This document shows positions 50,365 through 61,146 of a DNA stretch of 64,000 nucleotides, in pieces (position 1 is the first letter of the stretch; every line of letters begins with the position of its first letter). The notes below the pieces were generated by a model that was not told where the DNA came from, did no database searches, and saw only the letters and a list, made by a program, of their open reading frames with translations. Source of the stretch: an uncultured Thiotrichaceae bacterium. Lineage in GTDB: Bacteria > Pseudomonadota > Gammaproteobacteria > SZUA-229. Both the position numbers and the translations under genes were made by a program. The stretch covers positions 25,551 to 89,550 of the forward strand of contig CAYTUK010000002.1 in assembly GCA_964441285.1 (NCBI GenBank), in the 5' to 3' direction.

Positions 50365-53300
50365 TTAACGAATAATTTCCCGCCAGGAAAGGCGACCCGA
50401 TTTAGATTGTACACTCTCAGAAATAACCTTCGTATCCCCTGAACTTTCATTACCAATTTTTAATTCTCTCGCCTTCTTACGATCTCCGATCACCGTCGGT
50501 GTAGTCATAATATTCCGAATTTTAATGCCGGACGCATAGTTACCGTTAACTTTACCAATAGCCGTAAAAGGTGAAATAAATAGCCTTCCACCTGTGAGGT
50601 AATCAAGCTCCATTAACCAGCTGCTACCACCGGAAGCACAAAGGCCTGTATTGGGGACAAGTGTGGTGAAGATAAAACGGCCATCACGAATAATCGGGTT
50701 GAATGCGACCCGCTCGCCTGTATCTGGCAGATCCAGATACCAGCCTTTTCTGGTTGCATAATTAACGGGGTTCCGGCTGGTTACACGAACCGTATTCGTG
50801 CCAACATTGACCACCGAGTCCACTGTTTGTGCTACCAGCTCACTACGTCCAGACACCGTTGCACCTTTATCCAGAATGCCATAGATTGTTTGTACGTTAG
50901 TCGTGGTGATATCACCAACTCCCAGATATTTCCCTGTTGCAAACCCAACCATCATATTGCCATTGGGCGCAAACGTCACCAGTGGCGCGGTTGTAATTGG
51001 CTGGGCATTATTCGCCGCATCTTTAGCCGTAAATAACGGGGCAGGGTTTGAGGTAGTGCCATACGCCACTTTCCAGCCTGAAGCAGAAGTATCACTTAAA
51101 TCAAATTTCCAGAGATTGCCTGACAGATCACCCGCATAGATCGTGTCGACACGACCATCACCGGTGGTATCAACCGGTTTGGGAGTAGCCAGACCATTCG
51201 GTGTGCTCACACTGCCCACGCCGGTATCTATTTTGATGTAATCAGTCCCCTGAACCCACGTTTTATTCACTCCGGTAGGGCCGTGGAGATACAAAATATA
51301 AAGATAGGCATGGCCCGTTGTACTGGCGTGTCCATCTGCTGCTGAATTATTATAGCCATTACCAACAATCAGTGCCCACTGTCCATTCTCCATACGAGCG
51401 ATTTGTGCCGACTGATTCGTCAGCCGATTCAACATTGGCTGGTTAAAAGTAAGCCCAATATCTGGATCATCTTTATCGGTAAATTCCCAGAGTACAATAT
51501 TTGCTGCATTCGCTTCTGTAAGAGACGATGGATCCGTTACATCCAGTGCATAATAGCCCTGACCGCCGGCATTGAGTCCGCCAGCAAGAACCGTCTTCCA
51601 GTCGGGGGTAATGTCATCACCCAGATTGGCATCGGCAACCATTGGTGAACCATCAACAAAATAGCGGTGGGCGATTGATTTAGCATAATTCGGGTCAGTC
51701 AGGTCGCTTAGATGAGCATAGACAGTACCCGGCACATAAGCCATTTTCTCTTCACCATTATTGGCATCAAAACCATGCAACATGCCATCATTAGCCCCAA
51801 CATATAACATTGACATACGGCTGAGATGAGCATTATGAAATGCCTTATAACCTTTCATTTCACTCTCGATATAACCGGCAGCGGGTGGTCCCAGATAAAA
51901 AGGACTTGAATTGATAATATCACCCAGTTTACTGCTACGCGTCCTGAAACCGGCATTTGTACCACCACGCAGATAGTTGACCCTGTCGTTGCCTAAACCA
52001 TCAACATTTCCGAGCGCATCCATGTTAAGAAAATCTTTTTGTGTTGTATCAGTCAATCCGGCAATATTCGTCCACTGAAACGGTATACCCGTTTTGCTAC
52101 CGTGAGCAAAAGTTATAATCTGCCGAGTACTGGGTGATTGCCCGTTCAGCACCGACCCGGCATCCCAGTCTGCTGTGGCACTAATGACACCATTGCTATC
52201 AATCGATCTTGACAATAACTGCCCACTCCAGTTGCCACTATTAAAGCGCGCCTGATAGATATGACTATTCTGGGATAATGATGTCGAGTTGGTTGCTGAT
52301 GAGGATGATGCCCCGGTTTTTGCAAGGATGTCCGTGAAAATAGCATTGAAAGCTGCCTGTAAGGTTGTCGGGTCATTAGCCTGATACGCACTGCCAGTGC
52401 CACCAGCAACAGCAACCTGATCCAGTGTCGTTGGATCAACCCCATAGGGCAGCGCGAAACCAATCATATAGGTTTCTATGCCTTTCTGTTTTATGCCGAT
52501 CTGCGCACTCTTGAGGGCAGCGGCCGCATTAGCAGCAGCGGCAATAGCGGTTGCTGGATTAGTAATAACATCACCATCCTTGTCAGTCGAAGGCAGACCA
52601 TCAGTCAGCAGCGCAATAAAGTTCTTCCCACAGGATTCCGGTGGCGCTGCTTGTGGACCGCCTTCACTGGCTTTGGTTAAACTGCCTTCAAAATAATCCT
52701 TTGCAGTTAATAGCGTGCCTTCGATCGGTGTAAGGCCCGCATTTTGCAGAGGCAGTGTTGGATCGGTCGGGCCATTGGTTACAAATTGTGAAGTAGCCAG
52801 TTTTATATTCAATTTTCCTGCCTGAATCGAGTCAAGGTCGGCAACGGGGATATGCAAATAACCACGACCTGGTGAAGAATTGGAAAACCAGGTGGGACTA
52901 ATCTGCACCGAAGCCAGGCGGGCGCCAAAAGCATGAATATTTTGCGCCAGATCACTATCGGTTGGACTAAATGAACCCTTAAACCAGTAGTTAAGATAGG
53001 CAGAATCAGCCCTCGCATCAGATGTCCCCTTTTTATGGTGAAAACATCTATAGTGTATGCCAAGTCCATTTATTGGTGTAAAGGTATAAGGATTTGGTTC
53101 AGGGTCGGGCCCTTTATCCGAATAACAGTACATTGTATCGCCTGTTACCCCTCCCGTATGATAAAAAGGCAGAGCCACATTATAGTAGATATAATTCCCA
53201 GGATTATCCGCCTGCACCATCCGGAATTTCTTCGTTCTGGATCCTCGATCACCTGTAAAGGCTGGGTCATAGTTAGCTGGATTATAGCTGGCATCGTAAG

Positions 53301-53640
53301 GTGAATTATCCAGATTTCTGTGTCTGATATTAACTTGTTGATACGCCATCAGACCCATATTAATCTTGCCGCTATAGGCCGTAATCAGATTTTTGACCGC
53401 TTTACGTGCAATTTCTGATTTGCTATCAGGGCTGGCACTGCCAACGGCACCGCCACTGGCGTTTTCATCCATACTATTGGAATCATCAAGAATAACCAGC
53501 ACATTGGCTTTTTGCGAATTGGTCACAAACAGAGGCGCTTCTGCAATCGGCAGCAGCGATGCCGTGGCCGCTGCAGCCAGCGCCATCAGCAATAAACCCA
53601 TATTGGCTCGAACACACCAGTGATTGATAATCGTTTTCAT
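50365..53640 (-). CDS. pilY1: type IV pilus tip adhesin PilY1 (N-terminal vWA, C-terminal beta-propeller)
   Basis: Signal peptide MKTIINHWCVRANMGLLLMALAAAATA with a GGAG RBS. vWA MIDAS DDSNSMDEN. Large C-terminal PilY1 propeller domain. About 1092 aa. Confidence 0.85.
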   Translation of the reverse strand: MKTIINHWCVRANMGLLLMALAAAATASLLPIAEAPLFVTNSQKANVLVILDDSNSMDENASGGAVGSASPDSKSEIARKAVKNLITAYSGKINMGLMAYQQVNIRHRNLDNSPYDASYNPANYDPAFTGDRGSRTKKFRMVQADNPGNYIYYNVALPFYHTGGVTGDTMYCYSDKGPDPEPNPYTFTPINGLGIHYRCFHHKKGTSDARADSAYLNYWFKGSFSPTDSDLAQNIHAFGARLASVQISPTWFSNSSPGRGYLHIPVADLDSIQAGKLNIKLATSQFVTNGPTDPTLPLQNAGLTPIEGTLLTAKDYFEGSLTKASEGGPQAAPPESCGKNFIALLTDGLPSTDKDGDVITNPATAIAAAANAAAALKSAQIGIKQKGIETYMIGFALPYGVDPTTLDQVAVAGGTGSAYQANDPTTLQAAFNAIFTDILAKTGASSSSATNSTSLSQNSHIYQARFNSGNWSGQLLSRSIDSNGVISATADWDAGSVLNGQSPSTRQIITFAHGSKTGIPFQWTNIAGLTDTTQKDFLNMDALGNVDGLGNDRVNYLRGGTNAGFRTRSSKLGDIINSSPFYLGPPAAGYIESEMKGYKAFHNAHLSRMSMLYVGANDGMLHGFDANNGEEKMAYVPGTVYAHLSDLTDPNYAKSIAHRYFVDGSPMVADANLGDDITPDWKTVLAGGLNAGGQGYYALDVTDPSSLTEANAANIVLWEFTDKDDPDIGLTFNQPMLNRLTNQSAQIARMENGQWALIVGNGYNNSAADGHASTTGHAYLYILYLHGPTGVNKTWVQGTDYIKIDTGVGSVSTPNGLATPKPVDTTGDGRVDTIYAGDLSGNLWKFDLSDTSASGWKVAYGTTSNPAPLFTAKDAANNAQPITTAPLVTFAPNGNMMVGFATGKYLGVGDITTTNVQTIYGILDKGATVSGRSELVAQTVDSVVNVGTNTVRVTSRNPVNYATRKGWYLDLPDTGERVAFNPIIRDGRFIFTTLVPNTGLCASGGSSWLMELDYLTGGRLFISPFTAIGKVNGNYASGIKIRNIMTTPTVIGDRKKARELKIGNESSGDTKVISESVQSKSGRLSWREIIR

Positions 53641-53696
53641 AATAGTCTCCATTAAATACCGATAAGCGACAGGGACAAAAAATATTGATTCATTAT

Positions 53697-54233
53697 TTAA
53701 GGTAATGTATAAACTTCCTGTAATATGCGTTGCGCACTCTGCGCTCCTCCATAGCCAATTGCCGTAATTCGGTAGCAATATTTCCACGATTGCCAGCCCG
53801 GCCCGATACATTTCTTGCCTTCAACCAGATAAGCCGGCTGACTCTTCACTTCCGGGACTGATGTTGCACCGGTATAGAATCCGAAACTTACGGCCTGTTT
53901 CGTTTTTGTCGTATCTTTCCAGATGCTCGGCGACCATCCTGCACACAGGCCGTTGGTACAGCCTGAATCAAAATCGTTGAGTCCAGAAATGAGTGGCGTG
54001 CGTGCATGACCGGTGCTATATGAAATACCGGCAAGGTCGTTTTCACCGTCACGTAGTGCCGATTCTGCTGCCTGGAAAGCAATATTACTATTGCGGTAGT
54101 TGCCCGCCATTTTCTCTTCCAGAGTCGTGGATCGCATCGCGGATAAACCAATAATAGTCATGACCAGCAACATGAGAAGACTAACGATAAGAACCGCGCC
54201 CTGCTGTTTGTTTATATAGGGATTTATCGTCAT
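53697..54233 (-). CDS. pilX: type IV minor pilin PilX
   Basis: N-terminus QQGAVLIVSLLMLLVMTIIGLSAMRSTTLEEKMAGN is PilX-like. Follows pilW. Confidence 0.7.
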   Translation of the reverse strand: MTINPYINKQQGAVLIVSLLMLLVMTIIGLSAMRSTTLEEKMAGNYRNSNIAFQAAESALRDGENDLAGISYSTGHARTPLISGLNDFDSGCTNGLCAGWSPSIWKDTTKTKQAVSFGFYTGATSVPEVKSQPAYLVEGKKCIGPGWQSWKYCYRITAIGYGGAQSAQRILQEVYTLP

Positions 54234-54241
54234 CTTTAACC

Positions 54242-55021
54242 TCATACCAGGCGGTTCCGTAAAGCGATGGTGAGACTAAACACCTGATGCAGACGTTTAT
54301 CGCCTGCGGTAACTGTGGCACCATTGTAGTGGTAGGTCTGTGCCGATGTGGCGACATTATCTTCCTCTGTGACCAGCAGCAGACTAATATGAATGCTCAC
54401 TACTTTTGACCAGTCCGTCACTTTATTCGCCGTAACATAAAAATTGACCGCGCCGTTGTTATCAGCGTCTACGCCATAGGTGATCTGCATATTTGTAACA
54501 TCTCCGACCAGTGCTTGCTTAACCAGTGCTGGCGCAGCCGCTGGTACGGTTGTTCGTGAACAATAAAGACTGCTAACGCCGTTGGCATCAGGCGCAATAT
54601 AAAACTGGTTAGTGATCATAGTGGGTGGGTTAGTGGCAGGAAATTTTTTGCCAAGACAATCAACCGTGGTTCCATCCGCTGCGGCCTGAAAAGAAACTGA
54701 AAGCGTATCCGGTGCACCCGCAGTCGTTGCATCAGTACCGGTTAATGCTCCGGTGGCGAAAGTGGTCGTGTCGGTTGAATTTGCTTTATAGCCGGTCATG
54801 CGGAGAATGCTCCCCATCTGATTGACGGCGAAACGACCATCCTCCTGCAAACGCGACATATTATTCTGAATCCGGTAGGACTGTTTATTGGCGATAAATA
54901 ACTTGAAAACACCCGCAATCAGAAAAAGACTAATGGCCATTGCAACCATAATTTCTACCAGAGTAAACCCCCGTTGCAATGGATTTAACCTGTGTCTGTA
55001 GTCATTGTGAGCATTCTGCAT
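54242..55021 (-). CDS. pilW: type IV minor pilin PilW
   Basis: QRGFTLVEIMVAMAISLFLIAGV prepilin-like N-terminus after an AAGGAA RBS. PilW-length C-domain. Confidence 0.75.
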   Translation of the reverse strand: MQNAHNDYRHRLNPLQRGFTLVEIMVAMAISLFLIAGVFKLFIANKQSYRIQNNMSRLQEDGRFAVNQMGSILRMTGYKANSTDTTTFATGALTGTDATTAGAPDTLSVSFQAAADGTTVDCLGKKFPATNPPTMITNQFYIAPDANGVSSLYCSRTTVPAAAPALVKQALVGDVTNMQITYGVDADNNGAVNFYVTANKVTDWSKVVSIHISLLLVTEEDNVATSAQTYHYNGATVTAGDKRLHQVFSLTIALRNRLV

Positions 55022-55031
55022 GGGAGATTCC

Positions 55032-55559
55032 TTATTTTTGGTAAGTGACAACAAAACGCTTGAGCGGGGGCGGCGAAACATTGCTTCGACCATCCAGCCA
55101 CCATATCTTTATGGCATAGCTTGAACCTGTTCCATCACAGTTAGGCGCTGTACTGGAGGCGCCATCCATTGGTGTGCTGTCAAGGCATACGATACCTGCG
55201 CCTGATGGCAGGGTGTTGCCAAGATTGGTACTCCATACATACATGTCATTTTTGGCCATTGCTAGCGGTTTACATCCTGTCGTTGATTCACAACTGGCAT
55301 CGAGTGTTGCTGCCGGTTTGTCGTAGTCGCCTGCGGTAAAGCCTATATTATTGGCGCGCATACGCTCTGCCATATCAGAAGCAAACAGGGTCGCCTGCGA
55401 GCGCATAAGTGAAGAATGATTGCTGCGTAAGCCCGTAACCTGTAATCCGGCGATACCCAATAGACCAACAGAGAGAATAACCAGAGAAACCAGTACCTCG
55501 ATAAGACTAAAGCCTCGGTTACTGGCAGGCTTTCTATGGGGGAGCTGCATCCTGATCAT
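55032..55559 (-). CDS. pilV: type IV minor pilin PilV
   Basis: RGFSLIEVLVSLVILSVGLLGIAGLQ class III signal. About 175 aa. Confidence 0.75.
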   Translation of the reverse strand: MIRMQLPHRKPASNRGFSLIEVLVSLVILSVGLLGIAGLQVTGLRSNHSSLMRSQATLFASDMAERMRANNIGFTAGDYDKPAATLDASCESTTGCKPLAMAKNDMYVWSTNLGNTLPSGAGIVCLDSTPMDGASSTAPNCDGTGSSYAIKIWWLDGRSNVSPPPLKRFVVTYQK

Positions 55560-56101
55560 GGACAGGTGACTCCTGCACGGGTAGTAATTCGCCCGGTTGT
55601 ACTAATCGTCAGATCCTTACCTACGGCACCCGTGCGATCATCACAGAAATGAATCGTCCCTGACTGAATACCGCCGCCCGCCTGCTGGCTCTGGCCTGAC
55701 GCAATATAGGATACATAGTTAGTGATAGAAGAATTCCCCGTAGCCGTTATCAAACCGGCCAAAGCGCCATGTACCCGTATCAGTGTTTCCGGTGGGGTGG
55801 CAGTGGCATTATAGGTTGCATCGTTATTTTCATCAGTAAAGATTATCCAGCCCTGCTCCCATCCTTTGGTAGTCGCACAGCCAGTCTGGTTAGTACTTTT
55901 ACAGACGGTGACCCGGATGCCCCTTTTTACTGCTTCGCTACGCGCCAGGTTCATGGCAGCTACCAGCTCATTAGTTCCGGTGATAAGCTGACTATCTTTA
56001 ATGAATGTCCTGAAACTGGGGATGCCCACAACCAGCAAAATACCCACAATAATCAGCGTAATCATCAGTTCAATCAATGTAAATCCGATGTACTTTTTCA
56101 T
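55556..56101 (-). CDS. fimU: type IV minor pilin FimT/FimU (GspH-like)
   Basis: MKKYIGFTLIELMITLIIVGILLVVGIPSF prepilin signal. GspH-domain body. First gene of the minor-pilin operon. Confidence 0.7.
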   Translation of the reverse strand: MKKYIGFTLIELMITLIIVGILLVVGIPSFRTFIKDSQLITGTNELVAAMNLARSEAVKRGIRVTVCKSTNQTGCATTKGWEQGWIIFTDENNDATYNATATPPETLIRVHGALAGLITATGNSSITNYVSYIASGQSQQAGGGIQSGTIHFCDDRTGAVGKDLTISTTGRITTRAGVTCP

Positions 56102-56405
56102 AAAGTCTAATTTAGACCCATTATTTTCATTTACCACCAGATAACGACAGGGCACTATTTATATCAGATAGGCGGTCATTTTTTGAGCACTACTTTGCGC
56201 ACGACAAAGATCCGGGCACAAATATTTAGTGACTGCATGGACGGATGATACAACCATATCGCAATGACACACGTCAAGAACGAAACAGCAACCACGATAT
56301 TACTAATCAGTCACCAAATTCAAGTTGAATCCGAACCTCATCCCGCTTTATGGTCTACAACAATACTACGATTAGATAACCTACTGAACAGTAGAACAGA
56401 CAAAT

Positions 56406-57392
56406 ATGCCCGCTACGAATACAACCACTACTAATACAATGACTACCGAGCCACTGCTCCAACCTGCTATAGAATCCAGTGGCCTATTATTAAGCGCCGT
56501 TATTAAACAAATCAGACAGATTATTGTTGGTAAGCCGGAGCAGGTTCAGCTAGCAGTCACCTGCATAATCGCCAGTGGGCACTTGCTTATTGAAGATCAA
56601 CCCGGAGTAGGTAAAACCACATTGGCCCATACCATTGCACAGGTAATGGGCCTGGCTTTTCGCCGCATTCAATTTACCAGCGACCTGCTCCCCGCCGATA
56701 TACTGGGTGTGTCTATTTTCAACCAGAAACAAAACACTTTTAGCTTCCATCCTGGCCCCATTTTTTCACATTTTGTGCTGGCCGATGAAATTAATCGCGC
56801 TACCCCTAAAACGCAAAGTGCACTGCTGGAAGCGATGGAGGAACAACAGGTATCCATTGAAGGTGAATGTCGTACTTTACCTTCCCCTTTTTTTGTTGTT
56901 GCGACTCAAAACCCAAGCCACCAAATTGGTACTTATGCGTTGCCTGAATCACAACTTGATCGTTTTCTTATGCGGCTACATCTGGGCTACCCAGATAAGC
57001 TTGCCGAACGTGAATTACTGACAGGTGCCGACCGACGCAAGCTGATTGCAACCATTAAACCGGTACTCGACCCAACGTGTCTGAACATACTGCAGCAACA
57101 GGCTGCACAAATCCATGCTTCCGCTGCAATACTTGACTACCTGCAGGCGATACTCGAATTCAGTCGACAATCCCATTTTTTTGAATATGGTCTGTCACCG
57201 CGTGGTGGGCTGGCCATACTGCGCGCCGCTAAAGCGCTGGCATTGATTGGCAAACAGGCCTTTGTTATACCTGAACATATTAAATCGGTCCTGCCGGCTG
57301 TGGTGAACCATCGCCTGCCTTTACATGAACAACACAAGACCCATTTCGAGGATGCTGCCAGCTGCATTATTGACGCTATCCCAGTCACCTGA
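56406..57392 (+). CDS. MoxR-family AAA+ ATPase
   Basis: Walker A GVGKTT. Walker B ADEINRA. 328 aa, typical MoxR size. Confidence 0.85.
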   Translation: MPATNTTTTNTMTTEPLLQPAIESSGLLLSAVIKQIRQIIVGKPEQVQLAVTCIIASGHLLIEDQPGVGKTTLAHTIAQVMGLAFRRIQFTSDLLPADILGVSIFNQKQNTFSFHPGPIFSHFVLADEINRATPKTQSALLEAMEEQQVSIEGECRTLPSPFFVVATQNPSHQIGTYALPESQLDRFLMRLHLGYPDKLAERELLTGADRRKLIATIKPVLDPTCLNILQQQAAQIHASAAILDYLQAILEFSRQSHFFEYGLSPRGGLAILRAAKALALIGKQAFVIPEHIKSVLPAVVNHRLPLHEQHKTHFEDAASCIIDAIPVT

Positions 57393-57417
57393 CGTCGACA
57401 ATATTTCTCATTTTGCA

Positions 57418-58413
57418 ATGAAAACATCAGCTAAACGCCACTTCCCGGATTTCGCCCGTAGCCCCGTCTTTAAATTTATTGCCAACCGTAGCGGCCCCTT
57501 TGATGGCAGTGTTACGCTGACTCGAGATCGAGTTTACATCGTCCCGACACGTTCTGGATTAATGTTCGGCCTGCTGGTTTTTATTTTACTCATTGGCTCG
57601 ATTAATTACGGTAAAAGCCTGGGGTTTGCGCTAACCTTTTTACTGGTCGGCATTGGCAACATTCTGCTGTATACCAGTTGGCAAAATCTTGCTGGTTTGA
57701 CAATTCACAGTGGCGGCTGTCCAGCAGTATTTTCTGGTGACATGGCGCACTTTACCATCCGGGTTGAGAATCCCGATGCAAAACCGCGCCAGGCTATCTA
57801 TCTTAGTCAGAGGGGCATTGATTTTGATCTTGTTGATATTTCGGCAAAGACCATTAAAACCCTGCAATTTCAACAGAAAACCCAGCGGCGTGGCAGGTTA
57901 AATAGCCAGCGCTTTCGACTTTATACTACATTCCCATCGGGTTTATTTATAGCCTGGACCTGGATTGAATTATCCATGCAATGCCTGGTTTACCCCCAAC
58001 CAGTCGATACAGCCAACCTGCCGGTATCGACTAGCGACAACGATAACGGCAACAGCAAGCATCCACGGGGAACAGGCATAGAAGATTTCAGCCAGCTGGA
58101 AAAATTTAAGCCCGGGGATAGCTGGCGACACATCGACTGGAAAACAACCGCAAAAAATAATACGCTCTACAGCAAACATTTCAGTCGTGGTTCATTACCG
58201 CAACAATGGATAGACTGGTACGCGATTAACGCCGCTACAACTGAATTGCGCCTGTCAATCATGACGCGACTGTTAATTGATGCAAACCGGGAAAACCACT
58301 TTTACGGACTGATTCTTCCCAATAAGAAAGTCACACCTGACACCGGCAATACTCATTATCACCAGTGCTTAAAACTGCTGGCTCTTTATAATCCGGATCT
58401 TCATAATGGTTAG
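57418..58413 (+). CDS. DUF58-domain protein (vWA-like partner of MoxR)
   Basis: Starts immediately after the moxR stop. Two N-terminal TM segments and a DUF58-like body. The ORF-track start at 57325 overlaps moxR and is unlikely. Confidence 0.65.
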   Translation: MKTSAKRHFPDFARSPVFKFIANRSGPFDGSVTLTRDRVYIVPTRSGLMFGLLVFILLIGSINYGKSLGFALTFLLVGIGNILLYTSWQNLAGLTIHSGGCPAVFSGDMAHFTIRVENPDAKPRQAIYLSQRGIDFDLVDISAKTIKTLQFQQKTQRRGRLNSQRFRLYTTFPSGLFIAWTWIELSMQCLVYPQPVDTANLPVSTSDNDNGNSKHPRGTGIEDFSQLEKFKPGDSWRHIDWKTTAKNNTLYSKHFSRGSLPQQWIDWYAINAATTELRLSIMTRLLIDANRENHFYGLILPNKKVTPDTGNTHYHQCLKLLALYNPDLHNG

Positions 58414-58511
58414 TCCCACCAGTGACTCTTTAGCCGGATGAAAAGAGAAATCCGCGTTGAATACCATCAGCCAGAGAAACCTGAATGCCAGGTTGATATA
58501 GAAGTTAATCT

Positions 58512-60527
58512 ATGAAGCTCAGTGCACAACAAAGACTGGCTTTATTAACCGCGATTCATCTGGCTGCACTACCGACTTACCTCGCCATGCCGGTGGTGCT
58601 ACTGTTGTTTATTCTTTCCCTGAGTTTATGGCAGTTATTAATAATAACGCGCTCAAACACCACCTTAATATCTGCCACTATCAATCCCGGAGCATTGATT
58701 CGTCTGCTGCTTATTTTTTGTAGTATTTGGCTAATATATTATAGCTACGGAAGGTTTCTCGGACGGTTACCTGGCACGGCAATGATTACTCTTATGGCGT
58801 TGTTAAAGTTATTTGAAATAAAAACGCAACGGGATATACATATTATAATTTTTACCAGCTTCTTTATACTGGCAAGCCACTTCTTTCAGAGCCAGCAGAT
58901 GCTGCTGGCTGTTTACGTTTTTAGCGTGGTTATTTATTTAACTACACTACTGATTGTCTTTAGTGATCAGTTACAACAAACGCGATTCTCACAGCATTTA
59001 AAAACCGCGACCCGTCTGGTCTTTATCAGCCTGCCTTTTATGCTGATTTTGTTTATTTTGTTTCCACGTATTCCTGGCCCGTTATGGGGTTTGCCAAGTG
59101 ATGCTTTTACCGCCAGCACCGGTATGGATGAAACCATGTCACCGGGGAGCATTAACAAACTGGTGCGTTCATCTGCCATTGCTTTTCGCGTAAAATTTCA
59201 ACACTCGCCTCCAGCCTACAATAACTTATACTGGCGCGGTGCAATATTATCCCGGTATGATGGAAGAACCTGGAGACGAGATGACGCGCCTGTCACAGAC
59301 AAACTTAATTTAGATACCACAACCCGTGCTCACAACAATCTGCGTTATACCGTAACGCTGGAGCCGAATAACCTCAACTGGTTATTCGCACTTAACTACC
59401 CGATAAAGAATACGCAGCGCTACCAGATTAACCGCGAAGCTATGCTGCTCACCGCAGCTAAAATAACGCACATAACAAACTATACGGTGTTATCGGACAG
59501 TACCGCAATAAACCGTTCACTGTCGGCACGAGAAGCACTCAAATACCGGCAGTTCCCCGCTAACTTTAATCCACAAACACAACAGTTCGCCCGGCAAAAA
59601 TTTAAACAGTCAGGTTACAATGTTGAAGAATATATTCAAATCATTCTACGCTATTTTCAGCAGCAACCTTTTTTTTACACGCTGTCACCACCTCGGCTAG
59701 GAAGAAATTCTGTGGATGAATTTTTATTTAAAACTCGGCGTGGCTTTTGCGAACACTATGCCAGCAGCTTTACTTTACTCATGCGTGCAGCAGGCATTCC
59801 TGCGCGTGTGGTTATTGGTTATATGGGTGGTGAAATTAACCCTCTGGATAACTATATGATCGTGCGCCAGTCCGATGCACATGCCTGGACTGAAGTTTGG
59901 GTCAATCACCACTGGCGGCGTATTGATCCCACTAGTGCCATCTCGCCTGAACGTGTTGAACACGGTAGTTTAAATACCGGGCGAGAGCGAGAACACTCAG
60001 CTTTTCTGCTACAGGGCAGCTCGCAGTTCCTACAGCAGGCCGGTTACCTCTTCGACAGCATACAAAATAGCTGGAACCAGTGGGTGATCGGCTTTAATCA
60101 GCAGCAACAACAATATTTTCTGGCTCGTCTGGGATTAAAAAATACCGATCCCGCAATGCTGATAATCTGGCTAATAGTTGCCATGACAGTTGCGAGTTTT
60201 GTGATTGCATGGCGGCTGTTTTATCACTCACAACGCAGCAGCAATAAAGTTCAACATTATTATTCCATATTCTGTAAAAAACTGGCAACCGCCAACCTGC
60301 CGCGCTGCGCCAATGAGGGCGCACTGGATTATCAGTACCGACTAACAGGAAAGTCGTGTAAACAACATGCCTTTTCGGAAGCAGAGATGATTTTTATATT
60401 AACGGCCTATCGAAAAGTACGCTATGGCACTTCCCCTGGTGAAAAACTTGAAAAACAGTTTATTTACCGCGTCAGAGCGTTCAGGGTGAGGCGGCCATTA
60501 TTGGCCAGACTCACCTTAAAGCGATAA
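58512..60527 (+). CDS. transglutaminase-like membrane protein (TgpA-type: DUF3488 TM region + transglutaminase core + DUF4129)
   Basis: Six N-terminal TM helices. TGase core GFCEHYASSFTLLMRAAGIPARVVIGY with downstream His/Asp. Third member of the MoxR/DUF58 triad. Confidence 0.8.
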   Translation: MKLSAQQRLALLTAIHLAALPTYLAMPVVLLLFILSLSLWQLLIITRSNTTLISATINPGALIRLLLIFCSIWLIYYSYGRFLGRLPGTAMITLMALLKLFEIKTQRDIHIIIFTSFFILASHFFQSQQMLLAVYVFSVVIYLTTLLIVFSDQLQQTRFSQHLKTATRLVFISLPFMLILFILFPRIPGPLWGLPSDAFTASTGMDETMSPGSINKLVRSSAIAFRVKFQHSPPAYNNLYWRGAILSRYDGRTWRRDDAPVTDKLNLDTTTRAHNNLRYTVTLEPNNLNWLFALNYPIKNTQRYQINREAMLLTAAKITHITNYTVLSDSTAINRSLSAREALKYRQFPANFNPQTQQFARQKFKQSGYNVEEYIQIILRYFQQQPFFYTLSPPRLGRNSVDEFLFKTRRGFCEHYASSFTLLMRAAGIPARVVIGYMGGEINPLDNYMIVRQSDAHAWTEVWVNHHWRRIDPTSAISPERVEHGSLNTGREREHSAFLLQGSSQFLQQAGYLFDSIQNSWNQWVIGFNQQQQQYFLARLGLKNTDPAMLIIWLIVAMTVASFVIAWRLFYHSQRSSNKVQHYYSIFCKKLATANLPRCANEGALDYQYRLTGKSCKQHAFSEAEMIFILTAYRKVRYGTSPGEKLEKQFIYRVRAFRVRRPLLARLTLKR

Positions 60528-60528
60528 T

Positions 60529-60894
60529 TCAACATGTCAGTTCACTATTATTTTCGATAAATTCGCGTAAAAACGAAAGGGGCTTCGCACCACTAAAACG
60601 CGCCACTTCTTCACCTCGAATAAAAAGTATCACTGTCGGAAAACCCCGCACCTGATACCGGCCCGCCAGCTTCATATTCTCACCTTCGTCCACTTCTACC
60701 TTCGCCAGCTTCAGCCTGCTGTCAAATTCTTCAACCAGCTTTTTTAGTAGCGGCGCTACCACCAGACAGGGCGAACACCATTGCGCCCATAAATCGACTA
60801 TTACAGGCATCTGAGCGGATGCCTGCAAAACCTGCTCATCAAAATTCTCCAGATCAACATCAACAATAGAGTTCATATTCATATTTATTTTCAT
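60529..60894 (-). CDS. thioredoxin
   Basis: WAQWCSPC active site within a 121-aa thioredoxin fold. Confidence 0.75.
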   Translation of the reverse strand: MKINMNMNSIVDVDLENFDEQVLQASAQMPVIVDLWAQWCSPCLVVAPLLKKLVEEFDSRLKLAKVEVDEGENMKLAGRYQVRGFPTVILFIRGEEVARFSGAKPLSFLREFIENNSELTC

Positions 60895-61146
60895 CTCATT
60901 AACCAGGGATCTCCGATCAATCCATAAAATCGTATCTTACAGGCTGACACAGCTAGCTTCGGCATGGTGAAACTTCGCAATAACCCGCTATTACGCACAG
61001 TTCACGCCTTGAAGTTGAATAAATCAGCTTACAATCTACTGCATACCGAATTAAGCAGAAGTTCCTAAAAAAACAGGATATTATACAGGTTTGGCTCTAT
61101 TTTCGTTATAATAGGCCATTCTTTAATTACAGGCAGCTTAATCAAT

